From positions 1 to 41,597 of the IMG/VR virus record IMGVR_UViG_3300037483_001330: a stretch of DNA of 41,597 nt, one strand, 5' to 3'. This document shows, piece by piece, positions 34,303 through 41,597 of this stretch; position 1 is the first letter of the stretch, and each line of letters starts with the position of its first letter. The DNA is from a virus. Lineage: Duplodnaviria > Caudoviricetes. The notes below the pieces were generated by a model. That model saw only the letters and a list, made by a program, of their open reading frames with translations. It did no database searches and had not been told where the DNA came from. The position numbers and the translations under genes were made by a program.

Positions 34303-34550
34303 TTCGTCTTCCTTTCAATATCCCATTTGCCGCCAACAACCATAATGCTGCGAGGTTGGCCGGCTGAGTTTTCGATCACTCCGTCTTTTACCAGCTGCCT
34401 GATAATGTAGGCCGTATTGGAGGTTGAATTGATATGGCAGGCATCGGCAATCTCTCTGATAGTTGGGGAGTTGCCATCATGCAACCTTTTATATCCAATG
34501 ATGTAGGCGAGTACCTCTGAACGGCTGTGTTTATTTCTATGTGTTTTCAT
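34281..34550 (-). CDS. LexA-like winged-helix DNA-binding protein lacking the peptidase domain
   Basis: EVLAYI...GNSPTIREIADACHINSTS...LVKDGVI....QPRSI matches the LexA N-terminal domain. Confidence 0.8.
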   Translation of the reverse strand: MKTHRNKHSRSEVLAYIIGYKRLHDGNSPTIREIADACHINSTSNTAYIIRQLVKDGVIENSAGQPRSIMVVGGKWDIERKTKWLQIKY

Positions 34551-34555
34551 AGTAT

Positions 34556-35074
34556 TTACCGCAACTGGTGGGAAAGTTTTTTTAATTTTTCAGCACTGAG
34601 TGTGACGGTTTTGCCACCGCTGGAAAGGGTGACCTCACTAACTCCCGGTAAGGAAAGCTGTTTGGAGTGGTCAATATGCTCCGCTGCTATTGATAAATCT
34701 TTATTCCACAGGCCGTGACGCTCAATTATTTGATGGAATTCTTCGATGTCGTGGGGACGGATCGAGGCGGTGCCGTCATCCATTACGCAGTGGGTTAATT
34801 CGTGGTCCATGAGCGCCTCGCGGATTTTGTTACTGCTGCGCTCCCAATCCGGTTTTGAGACCCAGATGATAAAATCGGCACCTTCCAAAAGTGCTTTTAG
34901 TTGCAAACTTACTTTTTGGGCATGAGAAATTGTCAAACGGCCAGAACTTACAGCAGCTTCGCTGCGATACAGAAATACGATATGCGCTTCTTCCAGCGAT
35001 GGGTGGTATTTGTAAATCAATTCTCTGGCGGTTGATAAAACTGTTGGTGAAGCTTCTTCCCAAGATACTGACAT
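34556..35074 (-). CDS. Putative phage metallopeptidase
   Basis: Start MSVSW with SD AAAGGAG; DFIIW...EALMDHELTHC...PHDIEEF..IIERHGLW. Confidence 0.78.
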   Translation of the reverse strand: MSVSWEEASPTVLSTARELIYKYHPSLEEAHIVFLYRSEAAVSSGRLTISHAQKVSLQLKALLEGADFIIWVSKPDWERSSNKIREALMDHELTHCVMDDGTASIRPHDIEEFHQIIERHGLWNKDLSIAAEHIDHSKQLSLPGVSEVTLSSGGKTVTLSAEKLKKLSHQLR

Positions 35075-35088
35075 TTCAAAACTCCTTT

Positions 35089-35445
35089 CTAACCTGGTAG
35101 ATTCAAATAGTTTGTCAAAACGGCAACGGCTTGTTCCCAGCCGTGACAGACCGTGGCGTAATAGTTTTGTTTCATAAGTGCATCGATCCATTTGCGCTGT
35201 TCAGGACCAGGGTAATTCGTAAGTGATTTCATTTCGATAAACAGACCGTTAAATTCACCACGTGCGCAGGGCAAAAAGATATCTGGAACACCTTTTTTTA
35301 CACCTTCGGCTTTCATTTTGGCCGCTACAGCAATGGATGTGCGGGTTCCATTTGGAACCGCAAAGAGCAGTTCCAGCTCGGGATAATTAGCAGTGTTGTA
35401 ACCTGCCCATTGGAACAGAGCAACTTGATCGGTATGCTCAGACAT
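35089..35445 (-). CDS. VRR-NUC domain nuclease
   Basis: Start MSEHTDQ; LLFAVPNG...GVKKGVPDIFL...LFIEMK...QRKW. Confidence 0.88.
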   Translation of the reverse strand: MSEHTDQVALFQWAGYNTANYPELELLFAVPNGTRTSIAVAAKMKAEGVKKGVPDIFLPCARGEFNGLFIEMKSLTNYPGPEQRKWIDALMKQNYYATVCHGWEQAVAVLTNYLNLPG

Positions 35446-37942
35446 TGGTTTTCTCAGTTGTAAGCGGCATGTTGATAAAATCAAACAAAGTTGGTGATAA
35501 TTTTTTTTCTTCGGCATTTTTGCAATACTTTAATCCAGCTTTGTAATACTCTTCACCTAATTCAATGCCGTAGCCTACGCGCCCCATTTGAACAGCGACA
35601 TAGGGCACTGTAAAAAGACCGGCGAAGGGATCGAGCACCATTTCGGCTTCACCCGTTATTTCGGGATCGGAGGTGAAGCGCTCGATTAACCTGCGGACAA
35701 TATCCAGCGGTAAGGGACAAACATGCGCCTCCATTTTGCGACGCTGCTGTTCGCTGTTCAAACATTGCATCGCATTGACATCATCCCAAACCCAAATATT
35801 ATTACTTGTAGGTGGTTCGGCAAAAAATGAGGAGGGAAGATTGTTCATTGCTTCCAGATGTTCAAGCCGCTGGACATGGGCATCGTAATCGTACGGTTTT
35901 GTATAAATCAACGCGTTGCCGTCTGAGCGCCAATAACTATGCGCATCTATTTGCCAGCGTGCCCGGGTGTATTTTTTCTTGCTATGTACAATCGGCTTAT
36001 CGGCATAGGCTGTTGTGTTGGAACTTGGCGGTTTGCGGAAAAGAAGGATTTTTTCCGGCAACCCGACACCCATTTTTGAGCCGTCTTTACACATTTCTGA
36101 CCAACCTAAACGGTACGTGCTGTTGTTTTCACGGACAACATCGGTGGTTATAAAGATTTCACCGGCGAACAAAAACCCGTGCTTTTTGAATGCTGCCCAG
36201 GTCATGTATGAAAACATGCTGGTTTCCATAAATCCGGAAAGATTGGCATGCCCGTAACGGATCAGATCTTTTACATGAATAGCGGCGATACGACCAGGAA
36301 TTAGAACTCTGAAAAGTTCGGGGATTAGAAAATCCATTTGATCAAAGAACTTTTCATCATTTGCGTTGTGACCAAAATCGTTGTAACTGGCTACGTATTC
36401 GTAATGGTTGGAAAATGGAATGCTGGTAATAATGCTATCAATTGAATCATTTGGAATGTTCGGCATTTCGGCGACACAATCATTATTAACGGCCGTAAAC
36501 AGTTTTTGTTTTGTTGCCATACGAGTAACTCCTAAGCTGCGGGACAGACCTGTTTTGATAGCGGACAAACTTAAACCATAGGTCTGGATGATGGTTTGCA
36601 TTTTTGTTATCAAAACGTCGTGTTGTTTCCATTTGCGTTTCAGAATTTGAACAATGCCGTCTTCAGATTCGGCAAAAATTATATGAATTTCAACAGTATT
36701 TTTTTGCATGAAGCGCTGTAAGCGATGAATTGATTGGATAAAATCCTGAAAGCGAGACGACGGGTCAACACCTAAGTAAATGGCTTTGTGGCAATAATGC
36801 TGAAAGTTGCAGCCACTACCTGCAATTTCAGGTTTACTGGAAAAGATTTGTATTTTTCCGTGGGTAAAATCAAGAATTCTTTGTTCCCTGATTTCCAGTT
36901 TTTGTGATCCGAAAACAGTAACCACGTCAGGAACCGCTTTTTCAATGGCGCGGCGTTCATCTTCGCGATGGTGCCAAATAATCCAATGTGCGTCCGGATC
37001 CGTGGCTAAAATTTCCTGCATTTTTGAAACACGGTCGGTTAAAGTTGCTTTGTTTTCTGCCGAGGCTTCGCTGATGCCGGCTGAAGCATTTGGAATCAAG
37101 CGGTGTTGGCCATAACTATCTACCTGAGACCATGCGCGTTGGTAATCAATCGCTATTCTGTGCCAGTGAATTTTCAGGTCCGGCATGACATAGCCTTCAT
37201 CACCATATCCGAGATCGGAAGGCTTGCTGACAAATAATGCCCAGGTTGAAACCCACATCCAGAAACTTTCTGCCTGACTATCCATCAGGACCAACTTGCC
37301 CGCACTGCCTGCCCCTGAGGTTGTACGTTTGAACCACCTGGTAAGACTTTGACCATGATCCATAACACCCAAAAACTCAGCATAATAAATTAATTCTTTA
37401 TATTCGTTAGGGGCAGGCGTGGCAGTACAGACAAAACGGTATTCAAGTTCGGAAAAAACTTTTTTGAATATTTCGGAAGTTTTTGAGCCTAAACTGCGCA
37501 GGACAGAACCTTCGTCAAGTGAAACTCCTGAAATATTATGTTTTTTCGGATCAATATTTCCGTCTCTGACACGTTCGTAATTTGTGATCAGATAATCTGT
37601 TTGCGTTGCTTCAATTTCGGCATCATTGCGGACATATTGCCATGTAATTCCCATGACCGGTCCGTCTTCCTCTACAAATTGGTGTTTGACTCCTAGTGGA
37701 CAGACTACCAAAAACTTTCCACCGGTATGATTGACGATCTGTTTTGCAATTTCACATTGCTGACGGGTCTTACCGAGACCAAAGCTCATAGCAATCAAGG
37801 CTTTACCCAGACGGAGTGCCCAAGTGACGGCATCGCGCTGGTGAGGCATGAGGGATGGATGATATTTCTCCATATCCGGTTCAAAACCTGATTTTTTAGC
37901 GACTGTTATTTTTGATCTTAGAAATTCGTCATAGGTTGGCAT
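35438..37942 (-). CDS. SNF2-like helicase fused to an N4-C/N6-A DNA methyltransferase
   Basis: LMPHQ, GLGKT, LDEGS, CTATPAPN, GCNFQ, QSIHRLQRF; then TSIPF, HVCPL, VLDPFAG, GIEL. Confidence 0.88.
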   Translation of the reverse strand: MPTYDEFLRSKITVAKKSGFEPDMEKYHPSLMPHQRDAVTWALRLGKALIAMSFGLGKTRQQCEIAKQIVNHTGGKFLVVCPLGVKHQFVEEDGPVMGITWQYVRNDAEIEATQTDYLITNYERVRDGNIDPKKHNISGVSLDEGSVLRSLGSKTSEIFKKVFSELEYRFVCTATPAPNEYKELIYYAEFLGVMDHGQSLTRWFKRTTSGAGSAGKLVLMDSQAESFWMWVSTWALFVSKPSDLGYGDEGYVMPDLKIHWHRIAIDYQRAWSQVDSYGQHRLIPNASAGISEASAENKATLTDRVSKMQEILATDPDAHWIIWHHREDERRAIEKAVPDVVTVFGSQKLEIREQRILDFTHGKIQIFSSKPEIAGSGCNFQHYCHKAIYLGVDPSSRFQDFIQSIHRLQRFMQKNTVEIHIIFAESEDGIVQILKRKWKQHDVLITKMQTIIQTYGLSLSAIKTGLSRSLGVTRMATKQKLFTAVNNDCVAEMPNIPNDSIDSIITSIPFSNHYEYVASYNDFGHNANDEKFFDQMDFLIPELFRVLIPGRIAAIHVKDLIRYGHANLSGFMETSMFSYMTWAAFKKHGFLFAGEIFITTDVVRENNSTYRLGWSEMCKDGSKMGVGLPEKILLFRKPPSSNTTAYADKPIVHSKKKYTRARWQIDAHSYWRSDGNALIYTKPYDYDAHVQRLEHLEAMNNLPSSFFAEPPTSNNIWVWDDVNAMQCLNSEQQRRKMEAHVCPLPLDIVRRLIERFTSDPEITGEAEMVLDPFAGLFTVPYVAVQMGRVGYGIELGEEYYKAGLKYCKNAEEKKLSPTLFDFINMPLTTEKTNV

Positions 37943-38871
37943 TAGAAAGGCACCTCTGATTTTTCTAACAGCGAGCTGGTTGTGGAAACTGTTTCTGTAT
38001 TGAACAATGACTTTTCGGCTTTTACACCCATCGCTGGTCTAACATCCGGACCCGGAACATGGACTGTTATCCCACCGGTAAAACGACTGGCCAGATACTG
38101 CATTTCGTTTGGAAATTCAGCCGGCTTTTTATTGCTGGCCAACACGGTAAGTAAGCTGTCCTGATCTTCATAGCGGGAATTGAGCAGCCTGAAAATTGTT
38201 TCTTTGGCCCAACCGGTTAAATTGACCCGGTCATCATCTACCTCGTCAATTGCCAATACCCTGGCGCGTCGGAAATTTTCTATAACAGTTTCTGCCGATC
38301 CGATTGTATTGTTGCCAAATTGTTCCCGGATATTTGCCAGTAGATCGGCCAACGTAGTGTAGTGGGCCATTACGTGAATAGTCCGAAAACCGTTCACGAT
38401 GGATTTGAGCAGGTGCGATTTTCCTACACCATATTCGCCAGTAAACGAGACAAATCCAAACGGTACATGATTCATGGCAAGCAGGTTTTCAACTGTTTTT
38501 CTGGCTTTCAGTTTTCCGGCATAGATACCGGTAGTTTTGAAGTCTGATATGCTGATGCCCAAATCCTGACCTCGCAACCCGCAATTTTGGGAGAGATAAT
38601 GATCGAGCTGCCCTTTTTTGCAGACAGGACAGGGTGCTATTTCCAGTTTTCCGAGGTACCAACCTGATCCGCTTTCGAGATCGAGCCATTTTACTTTTCC
38701 GAGCGGTTGTTTGTATGGTCCACTTTCGATGATAAAAACCATCATGATTTGATGCCCGCCGCAGTTTTGGCAAACATCTATGTCTTGACCAGAATCAAGC
38801 GGGATTGCTTTCGGATTTAGTTGATGAATGGCTAATTCAGGGGGCCAGGTTCGTAACCAGGTAGTTTTCAT
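37942..38871 (-). CDS. DnaC/IstB-like helicase-loader ATPase
   Basis: CQNC...CPVC; Walker A GEYGVGKSHL; VLAIDEV; IFRLLNSRY; LASRF; GPDVR. Confidence 0.88.
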   Translation of the reverse strand: MKTTWLRTWPPELAIHQLNPKAIPLDSGQDIDVCQNCGGHQIMMVFIIESGPYKQPLGKVKWLDLESGSGWYLGKLEIAPCPVCKKGQLDHYLSQNCGLRGQDLGISISDFKTTGIYAGKLKARKTVENLLAMNHVPFGFVSFTGEYGVGKSHLLKSIVNGFRTIHVMAHYTTLADLLANIREQFGNNTIGSAETVIENFRRARVLAIDEVDDDRVNLTGWAKETIFRLLNSRYEDQDSLLTVLASNKKPAEFPNEMQYLASRFTGGITVHVPGPDVRPAMGVKAEKSLFNTETVSTTSSLLEKSEVPF

Positions 38872-39692
38872 TTTTCCTCCAGTGCGGCTAATAGTTGTTC
38901 AGGCGTGTATTGCGGCCGGTTGATTTTTGGGACTGTTTTAGCGCTGTGCGTGTTCTGTTTACGCTCAGGGATTTCACCTGCCAATGCCCAATCAAGCCAG
39001 CCAGGATTCATACGGCTATATTTCCGTTCTCTCCAGTCTTTCCAAAACGGTTTCAGATACGCTATTGTTTCGTCCTTCTTGCGCGAAGATATTTCTCTGA
39101 TGGACTCAAGCACCGCTTCACGTTCGGACGTTTTTGTTGGAAAACCCATATTTCCGGTAACAGACATGTAAATGACTGCAATATCAGAATCTTCAATTGT
39201 TTCGTAAAGTGTAAATTCAGAAATTTTGTCGTCGTCGAAATTTCCTTCTTCTTCTCTTTCCTTTTCTTTACTTTTCTTTACTCTCCTTAACGATGATGTA
39301 TCGATAGGGTATTCATAGCCTATTTCCGGATGATAATAGTCCATGTAAATTTTCTTGATTTCGCAATCTTCAAGATTTTTTATTTCGTTCTGGATAGCAA
39401 TAGCGACTTTTTCACCGCCGCGGTTGTATCGTTGGAAATTTTTGACAAATACATAACCTTCCCTATAATAAATTTTTTCTAATTGCTCAAATTTTTCGAG
39501 TGCTTCTTTGATAAACTCAACGGTAAGGTTTGTCTCAAAACTGATCACCTTGAGCGGTATTTTATATAGACCTGATAATGTTGTGTTTTCGTTGGAAAAA
39601 AAATAAATAAACAACAATTTTTCATCAGGATCCAATTCGAGAAAATCACCATCTTTCCAAATCAGGGTATGTATTTGTCGAAAATATGACAT
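38868..39692 (-). CDS. Phage replication initiator (replisome organiser)
   Basis: Start MSYFRQIHTLIWKD.DFLEL...KLLFIY...GLY; Lys/Glu linker; upstream of the DnaC-like gene. Confidence 0.8.
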   Translation of the reverse strand: MSYFRQIHTLIWKDGDFLELDPDEKLLFIYFFSNENTTLSGLYKIPLKVISFETNLTVEFIKEALEKFEQLEKIYYREGYVFVKNFQRYNRGGEKVAIAIQNEIKNLEDCEIKKIYMDYYHPEIGYEYPIDTSSLRRVKKSKEKEREEEGNFDDDKISEFTLYETIEDSDIAVIYMSVTGNMGFPTKTSEREAVLESIREISSRKKDETIAYLKPFWKDWRERKYSRMNPGWLDWALAGEIPERKQNTHSAKTVPKINRPQYTPEQLLAALEEK

Positions 39693-39702
39693 TACTGCTC
39701 CG

Positions 39703-40116
39703 TTATTGCCAAAGATTATTTTGTCTAGGATGATCAAAGGTTGGTATTGGCGCCGGCACCACAGCCATGTTGAGCGCGCGGATACGATTAGCGGTGGCGT
39801 TGCGCCGGCTTTCCAGATCAGCAACTACAAGATCGATTTCTTCTTTGTTTTTGCACAACCAGCGGCCTGATTTCCCGCTGTACGCGCCAATTGGAAAACG
39901 ATATTTTGTGACCAGTTCTTCCAGGATCAGGCGGGTTTTGCGTTCGGTGTTGGTTGTAAATTCGCCAAAAATGCGAATGGCCAATGCTTTGAGCGTGACG
40001 GCATTTTCCTCTCCAACATAGGAGAGCATTATTTTTGCTACCTGTTTTACATCATCAACAGAAATGTTTTCAATCAAAGCTGCGTAAAATTCGCGGGGAT
40101 TAAATTGGTACGTCAT
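39703..40116 (-). CDS. Winged-helix-like hypothetical protein
   Basis: GEENAVTLKALA...ERKTRLILEELV...PIGAYSGKSGRWL. Confidence 0.6.
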   Translation of the reverse strand: MTYQFNPREFYAALIENISVDDVKQVAKIMLSYVGEENAVTLKALAIRIFGEFTTNTERKTRLILEELVTKYRFPIGAYSGKSGRWLCKNKEEIDLVVADLESRRNATANRIRALNMAVVPAPIPTFDHPRQNNLWQ

Positions 40117-40137
40117 GTAAAATCCTTTCTAATACCG

Positions 40138-40178
40138 CTCCTACTCCCCGGTGGATCAGACCGGGGAGCGTACAGGAG
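40138..40178. repeat. Intergenic GC-rich stem-loop
   Basis: CTCCCCGGT/ACCGGGGAG inner stem plus CTCCT/AGGAG outer stem; no T tract. Confidence 0.65.
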
Positions 40179-40193
40179 GGGAATGAAAATGGC

Positions 40194-40829
40194 TTATTGG
40201 CTAAAATAGACTTTGTTCATTCTTTGCCAAAGGGAAATTGTGAGCTTTACGTCTGAAATCTGGTATTTGATAATCTCTTCCAATGGCAAGGATCCGACTA
40301 AAGAGCCGTCAATTTCGGGACAGTCCACCGGTAATTGGTAAATCTTGGCGACCTGTTTGAGCGATTTGGCAATGTTCCAGTTGTATAAAATACCCATCAG
40401 ATCCGTAACCGGATCGGTGCGATATTTGGCTAAAAAAGGAACGGTTCTCGGTTTTACGTTATGTGCCATTGAACGGCGCAACAGATAGGGAAGATCAAAG
40501 CCGAGGATGTTGTAACCTACACACTTACCGGAGCATTCGTGAAAGGCATCCCAAAAATCCTTTAACATTTTCTTTTCATCACCGAAAAGTACGGTGACTT
40601 TTACATCGTCCGGAGATTTTGTGTAACCAATTGTGATAATTTCGCCATAGTCCGGATCCAGAGCAGCTCTGTTTATTTGCTCCTGTTTTTTTTCCTCAAT
40701 GGCTTTGGCTATTTTTTCCGGATCCTTGTAGTTGCCGGGCGCTTCCGGCTCGGGCATATACTGGATGGTGTCCAGATTCCCGATGGTCTCCAGGTCGAAG
40801 AATATTCTTAACGGTGGTTCGTTTATCAT
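40194..40829 (-). CDS. DnaQ/PolB-type 3'-5' exonuclease
   Basis: ExoI FFDLET, ExoII GYNILGFDLPYL, ExoIII YQISDV. Confidence 0.85.
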   Translation of the reverse strand: MINEPPLRIFFDLETIGNLDTIQYMPEPEAPGNYKDPEKIAKAIEEKKQEQINRAALDPDYGEIITIGYTKSPDDVKVTVLFGDEKKMLKDFWDAFHECSGKCVGYNILGFDLPYLLRRSMAHNVKPRTVPFLAKYRTDPVTDLMGILYNWNIAKSLKQVAKIYQLPVDCPEIDGSLVGSLPLEEIIKYQISDVKLTISLWQRMNKVYFSQ

Positions 40830-40883
40830 GAAATTTTCCTTTCTGAAATGTTTTACGGCGCGGAACCGTTCCGCCCTATTGTG

Positions 40884-41597
40884 CTAAAATAACGGTGCTT
40901 CTTGCAGTTCTAAAAGATTTAATTGACCATTAGCGGCATCCAAAAAACTGATGATCTGATTTGCCTGAAGCGCTGATTCAGGATTAGGTAACCAGGCGCC
41001 GCCTGAATCCTGGTACGGTTTCATCCAGGTATAGAGCGCGATTAGAAAATTATCAGGAATTTCTGTCAGGGACGATTTTCCGGTAAGAAATTTTTGTAAT
41101 TGGTGTCGTTTACCAGTTGCGTCACCTGCTGCGAAACAGGTCTCGATGACCGGGACTAAAACGCCACGTTTACCATCCGATATCTTTTTTCCTTCCCATT
41201 TTTCCGCAGTTTCAAGAATGGATGCTTTTACTTGTTCTGCGGTTGAAACAGAAACAACTGTTGATTCTTCTGCAGGTTCTTGGTTAGGTTCCTGGTTTAC
41301 TTGTGGTGTAGGTTGGGTGACTGGTTTAGCTGCTGCTGCTTTTTTGGGAGGGTTGGCAACCCTACTAGCCTGCTGGGAAGAGACAGCCTCCATTTTCAAC
41401 CGCTCAACATTAGCTTTTTCGGCTTCGCGATCGGCAATGATGGCGCGCAGTTTCAGCCGATCATCATCATTCATTTGCGCCTCGGTTGGTAATTCGCCCG
41501 GTTTGGGATTGCTCAGGTCTGCAGGGTTACGCATATATTCACGAATTGCGGGCCAGGTGCATTTTGGTAATCTGAGCGGTAATACAGGAATTGAGAC
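40884..41597 (-). CDS. C-terminal part of a probable recombination/DNA-metabolism protein (5'-truncated)
   Basis: Frame is open to the window end (VSIPVLPLRLPKCTWPAIREYM...); Pro/Gln/Ala linker; next to an exonuclease. Function inferred from context only. Confidence 0.5.
   Translation of the reverse strand, partial: VSIPVLPLRLPKCTWPAIREYMRNPADLSNPKPGELPTEAQMNDDDRLKLRAIIADREAEKANVERLKMEAVSSQQASRVANPPKKAAAAKPVTQPTPQVNQEPNQEPAEESTVVSVSTAEQVKASILETAEKWEGKKISDGKRGVLVPVIETCFAAGDATGKRHQLQKFLTGKSSLTEIPDNFLIALYTWMKPYQDSGGAWLPNPESALQANQIISFLDAANGQLNLLELQEAPLF

Noticed and set aside
35075-35191. Long N-terminal extensions given by the ORF track here (and at 39693-39824, 35446-35517, 25901-25987)
   Set aside because: They overlap upstream genes; downstream ATGs have an SD or stop-start coupling and coincide with domain starts.

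Overview
Most of a long-tailed (siphovirus-like) dsDNA phage or prophage genome, truncated inside ORFs at both ends. The + strand arm (1-24470) runs: GH25 endolysin, TerS, a large terminase split into separate ATPase and nuclease genes, portal, MuF minor head protein with an AT-rich nuclease-like C-terminal extension, scaffold, decoration protein, major capsid, head-tail connectors, tail tube, frameshifted tail chaperones, tape measure, Dit, Tal, tail fibre and a repeat-fibre trio. The - strand arm (24568-41597) holds a Panacea/PemK-like toxin-antitoxin moron, many small early genes, a DNA-modification cluster (intein-containing C5 methyltransferase, DndC/PAPS-reductase-like protein, SNF2 helicase-methyltransferase fusion), a LexA-like DNA-binding protein and replication genes. 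No integrase, CI-type repressor or holin is visible; the host cannot be determined from the window. The most intriguing locus is 5970-6330. The MuF toxin-like gene has no protein immunity gene, but a ~105-nt four-way-junction RNA with its own promoter and terminator converges on it (candidate RNA antitoxin). That unit sits back-to-back with an attenuated promoter for the head genes. All family assignments come from motif recognition by eye, not database searches.
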